A stretch of 64,000 bases of DNA from Octopus vulgaris. Lineage: Eukaryota. Position 1 is the stretch's first letter. Every line of letters starts with the position of its first letter. Shown here one piece after another: positions 11,495 through 24,278 of the stretch. The notes under the pieces are model-generated. The model was given only the letters and a program-made list of their open reading frames with translations, was not told the origin of the DNA and searched no databases. Location: the NCBI GenBank assembly GCA_951406725.2, contig OX597816.1, forward strand, positions 5,766,001 through 5,830,000, in the 5' to 3' direction. The position numbers and the translations under genes were made by a program.

Positions 11495-12480
11495 ATCAAC
11501 AAAGTTTTGCCCTTTTATCCGTAGGTTATTTATGCCGACAGCGAAGAATTCTGGAGAGGAAGAAGCGATGAAATCACGAAAGGCTGCTTTTGAAGTTTTT
11601 CCGTTGCAAACGGTTGTTTAACGCCTGGAAAACATAATGGTCAGTTGGTGTAAGGTGTAGTAAATATGGTGGATGATAGAGTACTTACAAGTTCAGTTCC
11701 TGTAACTTGAGTAGAGTTCTTGGTGCAACATGTGGTCATGCATTGTCTTGCAAGAGAATTGGCCTGTCTCTGTTGACCAATCTCAGATGTTTAATTGCAA
11801 ATTCACTCATTCTCTCAACCAATTTGTTGATGTATACATCTGCTGTATTTGACTTACCAGGTCTCGTGAAGCTGTAGCGGATGACACCAACGCTGGACCA
11901 CCAAACAGACACCATTAGCCCTTTTTGGAGAATATAATTTTTTCATTGTATTTTAGATCTTCACCTCTATCCGACCACCTTGCAGAATGCTCGCTATTGC
12001 TGAAAAGAATCCAGTTTCCATCACATGAAAATGGTTCGCATTTATGCCTTGACAGCAAAGAACAGCAAATTCCATGACGACGGGTCATTTGATGCTCGTT
12101 CAGTTCGTGTGTTACCCACTTGTCCAGCATCTTTACATTGCCGATTTCTTTCATAGGGTCCCACACATTTGGAATCAAAGCATCAAACCATGCTGCTAAC
12201 TTTGGTGTAGTTTGAGATGTATCCGCCTCCACTTCAGTTTCCAGCTCATCATTATCTACCTTGGTCTCAGGTCCACCATGGGGCTGATTTTTCAAGAGTA
12301 AAGTCACCAGACAGGAACATCTCGAACCATCGACGTACAGTGCGCTCATTCGCCACGTCTTCACCAAACACCTCATTGATGTTTCGAGCTCTCTGAGATG
12401 CAATGATTCCACGACGGAACTCATATTCATAAACAACACAAATTGTTTATCTATCCATAGATTCACAAAAAAGGATTTAT
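11495..12480 (-). mobile_element. Mariner transposase remnant
   Basis: ORF 11915-12466 has KWVTHELNEHQMTRRHGICCSLL (WVPHEL motif) and DGNWILFSN. Downstream LYHPPYLLHLTPTDHYVFQA is YSPDLAPSD-like. Frameshifted. Confidence 0.8.
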
Positions 12481-12571
12481 AAGAGAAAACTCACAAAATA
12501 ATCAGACACCATGAATTGCATTTCGAAAAGTGATGATATCATTAAAAGAAAACCTAAACCTAAATTTCATA

Positions 12572-12616
<45 letters not shown>

Positions 12617-12709
12617 TTAGAGACAAAACCACTATTATGCAAATCAAACAAAGAAAGACTTAATCCAATACATAAAAATTTTTATATAAATTAAATAAAA
12701 TTAAGTTAT

Positions 12710-12755
12710 CCACTACAATTGTTTCCTGTCACTTCTAAGGACATTCATCAGGTGG
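12710..12755 (-). ncRNA. Hammerhead motif (left palindrome arm)
   Basis: Mirror image of 12803-12848. Confidence 0.62.
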
Positions 12756-12802
12756 TTTCAAGACCTTCTATTCAATTTTAAATTGAATAGAAGGTCTTGA
12801 AA

Positions 12803-12848
12803 CCACCTGATGAATGTCCTTAGAAGTGACAGGAAACAATTGTAGTGG
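12803..12848 (+). ncRNA. Hammerhead motif (right palindrome arm)
   Basis: ccac-CUGAUGA-a-uguc...gaca-g-GAAA-caauug-UA-gugg. Palindromic helix III CAAUUG; A/G mismatch at the base of stem II. Confidence 0.62.
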
Positions 12849-12960
12849 ATAACTTAATTTTATTTAATTTATATAAAATTTTTATGTATTGGATTAAGTC
12901 TTTCTTTGTTTGATTTGCATAATAGTGGTTTTGTCTCTAATTAATATTATATATATATAC

Positions 12961-13005
<45 letters not shown>

Positions 13006-13652
13006 ACTTGGTTCCTAGTAAAGCACGCGAATCCATTCCAGGTGATGCCATATCTGCTCCGAGGATTTCCCGCCTATTTCGTGGACTAACGAGAAGATCA
13101 TTAATAGAATTTCTGAACGACTCTCGAGACGCCTGCACGCATATAAATGTACTTTCGCACAATGCAGTGGGAATGAATTTTCAGTAACCGTAACATAATT
13201 TAATTTCCTTTACTGCAACTCGCATTGTGATCATGAGTGCACCAACGCTCACGTGAGAGTATACTCGTATTTTCGTGTATGCTTTTATGAGTGAGTGTAC
13301 ACGCGCCACGCAGCTTGCACGAGGCCGTTTATACATCCATGTTTGTTAACGGTTATTTTTAACACTTTTTCTCGCTGGATTGCCTGTTCGTTTCTCTATT
13401 TTTTTTCTATCTGTGACTTTATTTTTTATCTTCTTTGTAACTGAAGATATTTCTTCCGTCTTGTTGCTTTTAATCCTACAAAATCAGAAGATACATTGCG
13501 GAACCGTCATTTTAACATCTTCAATGCCGGATGCTCCTGAACCAGTTGTTGAGTGTCCCACCCTTGAGATATCGATGCTAGATATGTCAAAACAATTGTC
13601 ATGATTAATAATAAATTCTCGTATATTGCATCTTCCGTCTTTCATTTGCCAC

Positions 13653-13746
<94 letters not shown>

Positions 13747-14209
13747 GTAATCTTGTGTGTGTATAAATATATATGTATGTATATATATGAGATATATATA
13801 CGCATGCATATGAATATATATGTACATTCAATATTTATAATATATATAATGTAGAATAAAAAATACAAGTAATGTATGTATATATGCATGTATGTACGCA
13901 TAAACAACCACATGTACTTACGAGCACAAATATATACAGATTGGGTTACGAGGTTTAAAGTTTCAACTTAATATAACATATGTAATGCTCCAGCTGGTAC
14001 CATTGAGCTAGCCATGGCCTGGGCTGATAATGGCCAAAACCAATCGAAGTTATCTAAGTTATGTCATATGAAATAGTGTTGATAGTATTGTAGTTTTAGC
14101 AACAATAAGTTTTTTTCAATTTTTTCTACGCTGAGGTATTTGAAATAGATGCACACGCATAAGAACGCACATATACCACTATATATTATATCATTATATA
14201 TTTATATAC

Positions 14210-14636
14210 TCTTACTCTTACTCTTTTACTCTTTTACTTGTTTCAGTCATTTGACTGCGGCCATGCTGGAGCACCGCCTTTAGTCGAGCAAATCGACCCC
14301 GGGACTTATTCTTTGTAAGCCCAGTACTTATTCTATCGGTCTCTTTTGCCGAACCGCTAAGTGACGGGGACGTAAACACACCAGCTTCGGTTGTCAAGCA
14401 ATGCTAGGGGGACAAACACAGACACACAAACACAAACACACACACTTATATAAATATATATATACATATATACGACAGGCTTCTTTCAGTTTCCGTCTAC
14501 CAAATCCACTCACAAGGCATTGGTCGGCCCGGGGCTATAGCAGGAGACACTTGCCCAAGATGCCACGCAGTGGGACTGAACCCGGAACCATGTGGTTGGT
14601 TAGCAAGCTACTTACCACACAGCCACTCCTGCGCCT
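14210..14636 (-). mobile_element. CORE-type tRNA-SINE (family A), near consensus
   Basis: Minus strand GGCGCAGGAGTGGCTGTGTGGTAAG (A box)...GGTTCAGTCCC (B box)...CATCTTGGGCAAGTG (CORE-like). Tail (GAGTAAAA)n. Confidence 0.9.
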
Positions 14637-14714
14637 ATATCTGTATATATTTTATCATTATACATTTATATCATTATATACATATATATATATATACATA
14701 TACATACATCTGGG

Positions 14715-14716
<2 letters not shown>

Positions 14717-14800
<84 letters not shown>
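14717..14800. repeat. (GATA)n microsatellite
   Basis: Perfect GATA run. Confidence 0.95.
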
Positions 14801-14819
14801 CTACATTTTATATATATAG

Positions 14820-15890
14820 TAAGAAAAGGGATGAGAATTTCGATTATCACCAACTGCTGAGTTGCGATACATAAAATATATATATAAAAGAAAAGAAGGA
14901 AAATGCATAAACTTTAGGTAGTTTTAATAAATTTTTCTGATATATTTTAGAAGTTGAAGATTATTATGTTTGTCGACCGGTTTGGCTTTCGCTAATTATG
15001 CCATTAAAATTATTGTAATTTCGTATTTCCTTAAGATTTTAGCCCATGTTCTTGGAAGGAAGTTTGTGAATGAAACAACAAATACAAAAATCTAAGGGAA
15101 GGTAAATGGTGATCGTTCTTATTCGGGACAAGGGAGGCAATTTCTCATATTATTTTTGTGGGATTTGGAATAAGTAAATATAACTAAAGAGCTAAAGTAG
15201 TGAGATGAAATACGTACAGTGATTGGTACGTGATCAATAATTAAAACAAAAGTTGGTTATGCGTTCATATTTAAGCATGTTCTGTATTTATTGATCAATA
15301 AATTTTCTTATTTAAACGTTCTCGTACAGAAATTGTTTGTTTGGACAGGTAGATGGGGGAAACTATGAAGTTTGGTTGAGTAGTACCTGCACATCTCTCT
15401 GTGTTCACTCAAAGGAATGTGTGTGTGTTTTGGGAAACGGATCTGTTCCTTGTGTAGCATGGTTCTCCGTCTAAGTGCCATAATTGTCCGTCCTATATAG
15501 TTATGTCCACAACCTGAACATGTTATGACATATATTAGATTCTCGCAACCACAAGTGAAACTGGTTTGAATTATGAAACTCTTTCCTTGTTTGAATAGGA
15601 ATTTTTAGCCCCCGATAGGTTTGGGCATATTCCAGAGTTATGATGTCCACATATTTTAACCATTCGTAGTTGTTGGTAAAGCTTCGCATTTGTGTTGCGT
15701 TTTTGATTTGATGAATTCATGTGTTATTAGAATGTTTTTCATTTCTGGATTTTCCTTTCAAGAACATGGACTAAAATATTCCCTTAAGAAAATACGAAAT
15801 TACAAATACTTCAATCTCAATGCTTAGCGAAAGCGAAACGGGTCGACAAACACAATACTCTCATATATGAAATATATTTAAAATATATTA
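14820..15890 (-). mobile_element. Penelope-like element 3' remnant with GIY-YIG endonuclease
   Basis: Minus translation at ~15430-15600: FLFKQGKSFIIQTSFTCGCENLIYVITCSGCGHNYIGRTIMALRRRT. Partial inverted terminal copy (14968-15035 vs 15782-15850). Confidence 0.8.
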
Positions 15891-16003
15891 AAACTATGTA
15901 AACTGTGTGCATTTCCCTTCTTTTTTCTATATACATATTTTCGCATTGTGTATATACATATCCATGCGCATATATGTGTGCATGTATGTATATATGTATA
16001 TGC

Positions 16004-16055
<52 letters not shown>

Positions 16056-16204
16056 AAATATATATATATAATCAAAGCTAGGAGTTGAGTCCAGGTAGAT
16101 ATCGAATATGTCTAATAATAGGATCAAAGAATAAACACATAGTATATCCAATCCAACGAATTGTTTTTCTTAATACACGATGCTTTAAGGTCCGGAGAAT
16201 ATAA

Positions 16205-16471
16205 TAATCAATGTAGAAAATGGAAAATATTATAGAAACTATTTATTTATTCAGACATCTATGATATATAGAGACAATCATAAGTAACAGGTAACATATG
16301 TTTCTGCTTATATTACAAAGAAAAATATCCACAATATATTGGTTGCGGATATTTTCATTGTAAAATAAGCAGAAACATATGCTGCCTATTACTTATGATT
16401 GTCTATATATATTATAGATGTCTGAATAAATAAATAATTTTTACACCACTTTCTATTGTTTACATTGATTA
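16205..16471. repeat. Diverged inverted repeat (~130-bp arms), pLTR-like
   Basis: TTATTTATTCAGACATCTAT...ACAATCATAAGTAA...CATATGTTTCTGCTTAT is mirrored on the right; centre ~16337. Confidence 0.8.
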
Positions 16472-16494
16472 TAACTATATATACTTACATATAT

Positions 16495-16908
16495 TCTCTT
16501 TTACTTTTTTGCTCTTTTATTTGTTTGAGCTATTTGACCGCGCCCATACTGGAGCACCGCTTTTGTCGAGCAAATCGACCCACAGAACTTATTCTTAGTA
16601 AGCTTAGTACTTAATCTATCTGTCAATTTTGCTGAACCACTAGGTCATTGACAGTATCGGTTGTCAAGTGATGGTGGGGGATAAAAACAGACACACAAGC
16701 ATACACACACACACGCACACACACACACATATATATATATTTATATACGACGGGCTTCTTTCAGTTTCCCTCTACCAAATTCACTCAGAAAACTTTCATC
16801 AGCCTGAGGCTATAGTAGAAGACACTTGCCAAAGTCGTAATGCAGTGGGACTAAACCTGGAACCAAGCGGTTGGTAAGCAAGCTACTTACCACGCAACCA
16901 CCGCGCCT
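16495..16908 (-). mobile_element. CORE-type SINE (family A), diverged
   Basis: Similar to 14210-14636. Confidence 0.8.
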
Positions 16909-16925
16909 TATATATATTATATATA

Positions 16926-17923
16926 CAGGGGTTGGGCAATATAATGGAAACACCTAGCATCATAGCCTCATAATTTTCAAATATCTATAAAACCGCCAAA
17001 AGCTTGTTTATTTTTATGTTTTTGATTTATTATTAGTGTTGCTTAATATGTTTTGCTAAAACTGCTGTTTCTTTCCAAATGTCATAAGAGAAAGGTAATT
17101 AAAATTCCTTAGAATGACAGCTCTATGGGACTTTCAAAGAGGTTGAATTGTTGGTTCTCGTATGACAGGCGCTAGCATAACGAAAACAGCCACAATGTTT
17201 GGTGTATCAAGAAGTAGTGTCTCGAAACTAATGACGGATTTTGAGAAAGAGAGAAAAACCTCTCCCGAAGAAAACTAAAACTTTTAGATAGGAACCGTCG
17301 GATTCTTACGCGAATTGTTAGAAAGAATCACAAAAGTAAAGCTCCCAAAATTACTGCAGAGCTTAATGACCACCTCGAGAACACAGTTTCCACAAAAACC
17401 GTTCACCGGGAGCTACACAAAGCCGGATTTCACGGGAGGGATGCAATCAGAAAACTACTACTTTCAAATACAAACGTCGCAAAGTGTTTAGAGTGGAGTA
17501 AAAACCTACAGAATTGGTCCCTAGAGCAGTGGGAGATTGTTATTTTCTCGAACGAGTCCTCCTTTACCTTATTCCCGACCACCGGCCGAGTATACGTGTG
17601 GAGACAGCTAAAAGAAGCATTTGATCTAGACTGTCTTCTTCCAACTGTTAAACATGGAGGAGGATCTGTGATGATCTGGTGGTGGTGGTGGTGGGAGCTA
17701 TATTTTGGAAGTCGATATCCTCCATCCTCCGCCATCATCACTACAAGAACTGGAAACTGTTTTAGCTGAAGAATGGATAAAAATTCCTTTGGAAACAATT
17801 CAAACTTTGTACGAGTCCATACCTCGTAAAAATTCAAGCTGTAAATACTGCCAAAGGCATTCTACCCCATATTAAAATAAATTTGTTAGAAATTTTAAGG
17901 TGTTGCATTATTTTGTTCAACGC

Positions 17924-17926
<3 letters not shown>
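16926..17926 (+). mobile_element. Tc1-like transposon, internally deleted, in (TA)n
   Basis: TIRs CAGGGGTTGGGCAATATAATGGAAACACC / GGTGTTGCATTATTTTGTTCAACGCCTG with TA flanks. Pseudo-transposase DFQRG*IVGSRMTGASITKTATMFGVSRSSVSK...VIFSNESSF...LPTVKHGGGSVMIW. Confidence 0.9.
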
Positions 17927-17973
<47 letters not shown>

Positions 17974-18585
17974 CAAACATATATATATGTCGAGAGTCCC
18001 AGATAAACCTACCTCACGGCAAGAGGTGCAAATGAGGGTAGCTATATCAAACTCCATGCTTCACCAAGCGCCACATGTTAGAGGAGGCTCTTAGTAATAA
18101 CAGTGTAGCAAAACGGCGGTGCATCAGCATGGCCACAGCCCTGAGTTGAAACAGGAGAAAAATAGATATATATATTCATACATACATATTACGCTAATCT
18201 TTATGTATCATAATTGACTATATTCGACATGCAGCGTAAACTACGAACATTGCCTTCATAAACTGTCGACTCCAGAGATCAGAAAGACGTTGGCATTGTC
18301 TCAGAACATGTTCTTTCAGCAGTCCCAAACAGTATTGATAGTACCAAGATATGTCCAGGCTATTATTTTCATCCAACGCGACTTTTGGCCCTCACCGTTC
18401 ATGAAGTCCAACGCCTAACTGAGTGCAACGAAACCTACTTCAACTGCATTGCAAATATATTGCTTTTACTAATCTTCGAGGATTTTTTTCTTTGCTCTCA
18501 GTTTTTTTTTATTTTGGAAACCTTTACCATATTTTACGTTTTGCAAGATTTTTTATGTGAAATCGTGTATTGAAACAGATATTGT

Positions 18586-18924
18586 TGTGTATTTAGGAAT
18601 GGTCATTTTGCCAGTTTAGCCAATAAAAACACACGCACTATATATTTGGTGTTACTTTGCTTCAACATTATTTATCTTTTACATTAATCTTAATCTTATT
18701 TCGGCCAGAGTTCTTTCGTCACACTTCTGTGACCGCATCAGTGGTCCTTTGCTTTCTTCTTTCTTATTTGTGTGTCTCTCCTTACTAACGGACAGCCATT
18801 TTGTATTTTGTATTCCTATTGTATGTGTCTTCATTTGCGCATGCGTATACCTCTATGTGTGTCTACATATAGTGCGTGTGTTTTTATTGGCTAAACTTGC
18901 AAAATGACCATTCCTAAATACAAC
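18586..18924. mobile_element. Short PLE-like module with ~55-bp inverted ends and a variant hammerhead
   Basis: GTATTTAGGAATGGTCATTTTGCCAGTTTAGCCAATAAAAACACACGCACTATAT is inverted at 18867-18922. Minus-strand cca-CUGAUGC-g-gucac..gugac-GAAA-gaac-UC-ugg at 18705-18744. A fragment of the same end lies at 24196-24238. Confidence 0.6.
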
Positions 18925-21900
18925 TTTACCATATTCATAACGGACAATATTTTAACATACTCTCTAGCCTTTGAAATACTGGTTTGTTGCTCTTCCCATG
19001 TCGGAATAAACCCACATGTCTCACACAATTCTTGTAAATTTTCTTTTGTTTCAGCTTCTTCATTCGTGTTCCCACGCCATATAACCTTAATTTGCGGTCA
19101 ACTCCACTGTCAGATTTTCTTTTGTCTCAAACTTCATGCAAAATGAGCCTGATAATTTGTTCTTCTGACATGCCTCTGTTTGTAACATGTTTATGAATGT
19201 TTACATGCCATATATAACTTCTTTTATATTTTTTTATATTTATATGTGCATATATACATATATACATTTAAAATGAGGGTGAGAAATTAGATACTAATTT
19301 AATAAACATCGATTTCACACCAGTGGTCTAGCATGTAAAAAAACCTGAAAGTTCAGTATAATTGTATTAAATATATATTAGAGCGAAACTAGCATAAGGG
19401 TATACATATATATAGATTTATATACCCCACATGCACATATATATATATATTCATACATATTTCCTGTGTCTGTGAGTTTAAAATATACATAATGTTATTA
19501 TGTATGTATTCACGCACATATTAAAGCATATATAGAGGTGTATATATTTATGTACATACTGTGTGTGTAGGTGTATGCACGGATGCGCATGTGAGTGCGT
19601 GTTTGTTTGCTGTAAAACCAAATGCAATTGTAGGGAAGTAATCATAGAATACCAATATATAATTTAGAAAGTTTCATTTCTGCATCAAAGTAAACCTAAA
19701 TTATGTTTTAGCAAACTGGTGAAAAATCGGTGATAATGAGTCGGTTTACTTTTAAACTAATTATTGACTTCAGATGCGATTAGTGTTCTGTTAGTTTACT
19801 CCTTTTTTTTTTTTTTCTTAGGCTTTTTTTATTTTTACAATGTTGAAGAAAGCTCTCAACATAAATCATCGTAATGCGGCAGCAACCAAAACTTTGATGT
19901 TAATTTAGTAAGATTTTCTCATGGTAGAAATCACACCCAGAAAAGTCGACACGTTTCCCTTAATCTGCTTGATGTGTTGCTTTTTTATATCACGTAATTT
20001 GTGCTTGCTGCGTCTGTTACGAAATCATTCTACTTTGACTGGCTCCTCGTCGAGTAAAGCTCACAGATTAAATAAATTCTCTATCTTTTTCATCTTGCAC
20101 AGTAGAATTGAAGTCTTAATTATGTACATAACCTACAAAACCTTTCCCATTTCCTCTCGCTATCTCTCTCTCCTTTTGTCTGTCTGTCTCTTTCTCACCC
20201 TTTATCTCTCTCTATCTATCTATCTCCGCTTCTCTGAAGCAGCTGATGGTGTAACGGAATAATTATCACATTCAAAGGTGTTAAGACATTGAATTTGATT
20301 ATGAGAATTCAAGGAGATAAATTTGGTTCTTTGATTCCTCTGATCGATCAATCTATTCATTGAGGAACTGATAGATACATTGATCGATTCAGTGAGTGAG
20401 TAATTGTGAGATTTATTTAGATCTATTTATATAATGGTGAAGATGCCGGCTGTTTGGACTTAAGTTATCTCTCTTAGAAACAACCGAGAGATAACCGCAA
20501 TTAAATGTCAGTTGGAGGATTTCTCCGGTCACTCTTTACAGTGTATAGAAAAAAGAATGGAGAGCTAATAAAAGAGCGATACAGAGAGTTGACATGAACG
20601 GTGCAGGATGGGTGCACATACTAGGCTTGGTGTGGGACAAAGAGTAAATGAATGTTCCTCCCACAGAGAGACAGAAAAAAATCTCACAGTTAGAAGACGC
20701 AGTGATGAATTAAACACACGCACATGTATACATGTGTATATATGTATATGTATATATGAGAGGTTTTGGTATCCAGAAGACCCGAAAGCAGGTAAGGCTA
20801 TGTAAGTGCTACGGAAGGACCGCTGTTGGACTCCCGGTTCGATAGTAATATGAGGTGTCTACGCGGGTCGTGCGTGTGCGTGTATATGTTAAATAAAATG
20901 AGACAACACAGTCAAGGCAGTGTGAAATTTCTAGGACATTTTATAAAGAGAAAGGTAGTCTTACAGCTGTTTCAGGGAAATAAAATATATCCCATCATCA
21001 GAGAAGATATTAGAGAGTTAACTAGAAGGAAATAGTACAGTTCATTATAAGAAGTTATTTTGGAAAATAAGGAATATAGGAAGTATAAAGGCAAATATGG
21101 GAATTAAAATATAAATATATGTTGGATATTACAGTTGCCATTATTATCCATTAAATTTGCTGTATAGAATGGGTAAAGAGGAGAAATGAAAATGAAAAGG
21201 AGTGTGATGTGGTGGTCAAGATATTGTAAGGGAGTGGGGAGAGGAGAGCTATCAGTAGATAAAAAGAATAGAAGTAGGGACAGAAGGAAGAGATAAAAAT
21301 GTAAGGAGGTAATATGTATGAGAAGTGAGAGGTGCGGTGATATGTTTGAAAGGCACTAAGGTGAAGAGATAGACAAAGAATGTGGTACAGGGCAGGGGTG
21401 CTAAAATTGGGTAGAAAACCTCAAAATGGAACGGGAAAATAAGAAGATATAGAGGTGGCCTTTCTAAAAATAGACGTAGGCATTTATATGAAGTTAGAGA
21501 TTGTACTAGCTAAAGTTATATATATATAAGTGTGTATGTATATATATATTATATAATTATATAATATTAATCGAAAAGCTAAGTAACGTTATTTTATTTA
21601 ACAATATTATTTAACTTTTGAATTGTATTATGTTTGATTATTATTATTATTATTATTGTTAAAATATTAATTTATATATAATTTCTTGATAATTATTAGT
21701 TATGATATGTATATTTATATATTTATTAAGTTTATTATTATTTTTATAATGTGATTTAACGTATTACATATAATTTAATTTGAGAAATAGATTTGTAAGA
21801 CAATGTATCATTTAATAGTTAGGTAGTCTAGTTAGGTAGTACTATTACATTTAAGTAAATAAATTTAATATTAATTGATATTTTGGTCAACTATATAATT

Positions 21901-22183
21901 CAGTAAAATATTAAATCTATAGATACTACATATATATTAATAATAGAGTTAGTTTATATAATACATGTGCATATATTTGAACCATTTCCTAATTTTAATT
22001 CTAATATTTATAGCTTGTACTAGCATTATGTATATTACTTAACATTAAGTTTTTCAATATAAATTACTTAATGAGTATAAGATTTTATTTAGATGTTTAT
22101 TAAATAAATTAATTAATTAATAATTTAATTTCATGTATATAGATTAAATCATAGTATTTAGTTTTTACTTAATGTATATTCTG

Positions 22184-22220
<37 letters not shown>

Positions 22221-22447
22221 GTTTTGAATATTTTAATTTATTGTATTTTATTTCCTAATAATAATATATTATTCTTTTCGTACATATGTTAAAATTTTAT
22301 TTTTATAGATATAGTAAATCTTTATACCTTTTTATTCTATTTTATTATTTAAACAAGAATATATTTGTTAACATATTTCGTATTTTACAAGATTATATAC
22401 GTATATTTATCAATTTATCAAATTAATCATTTTATTGGTTTTATATT

Positions 22448-22530
22448 TAACCTGAAGAGGGACTATATTTATATTGAAGTGATTTTACTATTATTATTTC
22501 TTAAATATAGCCAGGAAACACGTGTAGTTA
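22448..22530 (+). ncRNA. Hammerhead motif with extended AU-rich stem II
   Basis: uaac-CUGAAGA-...cuauauuua//uaaauauag...-GAAA-cacgug-UA-guua. Stem I uaac/guua; palindromic helix III. Confidence 0.6.
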
Positions 22531-22687
22531 TTGTACCAAATATATGCATTTTACTTATTATTTTGCACATTACTTAATCATCATTATATGTGTTATCATA
22601 TATTTAATCTTTCTATAAGATGTAATTTTTCCAATGGTATAATTTAATTTTTTCATGATTGAATTGATAAAAGGTGTTATTTTTCTA

Positions 22688-22723
<36 letters not shown>

Positions 22724-22725
22724 GC

Positions 22726-22798
<73 letters not shown>

Positions 22799-22933
22799 CA
22801 TCTATGCATGTATATATATAATGTAAATATATATATATATATATATATATGTCTGTCTGTATGTATGTATGTATGTATGCATGTATATATACAATAGTCA
22901 CTAAATGTGTCTAGGGTGTTAAAAACACCTACA

Positions 22934-23337
22934 TTGCTAGAAATAACAGTTTAAGTGATTTAATGCTGTAGTTAATGCACATGCATGAAAACATACACTA
23001 ACACAGATCATAATTGACCGGAAATTACCGACCAAGAATTATTAAGACTGGCGTGTCAGTTTCGGCAATTTACGTTGCCATCATCAGTTAAACCAGCTCG
23101 GTGGTTGGTTATTTCCGGTCCTGCTTCTCTATTAGCATATATGTTTTCGTCATCCGGAAATAGCCGAACACCGAGCTGGTTTAACTGATGATGGCAACGG
23201 AAATCGCCAAAACTGACGTCAGTCTTAAGTATTCTCGGTCGGTATTTTTTAAACAATTATTGTCCCTGTTAATGTACACATTTTCATTCATATGCGTTAA
23301 CCAGTATTAGAGCATTTTAACTCATATTTCTAGCATT
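22934..23337. repeat. Inverted repeat (~185-bp diverged arms) between (TA)n tracts, hammerhead-bearing
   Basis: CATCATCAGTTAAACCAGCTCGGTG..TATTTCCGG versus CCGGAAATAG..CACCGAGCTGGTTTAACTGATGATG; outer TGCTAGAAAT / ATTTCTAGCA. Confidence 0.85.
23042..23091 (-). ncRNA. Hammerhead motif, intact core with hairpin helix III
   Basis: uuaa-CUGAUGA-u-ggcaa cguaaa uugcc-GAAA-cug acacgc cag-UC-uuaa. The mirror copy at 23181-23228 has GAAA>AAAA. Confidence 0.65.
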
Positions 23338-23367
23338 ATATGTATGTGTATATATATATATATATAT

Positions 23368-23710
23368 CACCTTGATCACCTTGACCGATCAGTCCGTCAG
23401 GCGTCCATTTGACACCGCTGTCCACTTCTCTCTGGATCGCGCCTTTCTCATTCACGTGATCTCAATCGTCCTCCTGAAATCGTAACTCCATCGTTTGGAG
23501 ACCTCCCGGGTGGTCGTTTCCGCTCGCGTTGGTACCACTCGACAACTGCGCGGGTCCACCGATTATCGGTGAGCTGGGTGACGTGTCCAGCCCATCTAAA
23601 CATGCTGCGTGTATACGCTGCGATGACATCCCTCACACCGGACTTCTTTCTGATGATCTCGCGACGGGTAGTTCGTGGCCTTCTTTCCTCAGGCAAGTAC
23701 TAGAAGTCAC
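23368..23710 (-). mobile_element. RTE-clade LINE 3' end
   Basis: ORF 23448-23696: IRKKSGVRDVI...FRWAGHVTQLTDNRWTRAVVEWY..ERKRPPGRSP. Short tandem tail (TCAAGGTGA)2 abuts (TA)n. Confidence 0.85.
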
Positions 23711-24156
23711 GACCAATTTGGGAAGTTACACCTGAGATGGTTCGACTTGGTTGCCCCCCAAAATACTAACCTAAGGGCATTAGATCCCTTTCTAAGAAAG
23801 CTAGCGAATGTGTACAGCAACAAAGACAAAAAAAAACAATCAAAGAAACGGAGAACATGGTACACAATTACTAATACAAACAACAAGAAATAACAACAGG
23901 TGTCTTTCGATTGAGAACGAATCAAATTGAGCTGGTGTTTATGAAGCGATAGACTAAAGGCAGGAACATAGGAGATGAACATGAGAGGAGTTGGCGGTGG
24001 GCTGTCAGGCCAAGAAAAAAGATCATGGCTGGCCGGACACATATATGTATGTATGTGGGAGTGTAAGTATATATATATGTAAGTATATATATATATACAT
24101 GCATACATCCATACATACATACTTTATATATATATATTTATACATAAATACATACA

Positions 24157-24197
<41 letters not shown>

Positions 24198-24230
24198 TTG
24201 GTTAAACTGGCAAAATGACCATTCCTAAAT

Positions 24231-24278
<48 letters not shown>

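Larger units (their letters stand above)
12609..12948. repeat. Near-perfect 340-bp palindrome (170-bp arms) inside (TA)n; inverted PLE pLTR-like module
   Basis: Arms are reverse complements apart from about one T-run indel. Centre ~12779 (TTCAATTT-T-AAATTGAA). Confidence 0.92.

Noticed and set aside
11915-12466. 183-aa ORF as an active transposase or SETMAR-like gene
   Set aside because: The catalytic region is frameshifted and degenerate, and there is no SET domain.
21540-22440. Extremely AT-rich tract resembling an organellar control region (NUMT)
   Set aside because: No mitochondrial tRNA, rRNA or CDS motifs. It lies just upstream of a hammerhead, so it is more plausibly PLE-associated low-complexity DNA.
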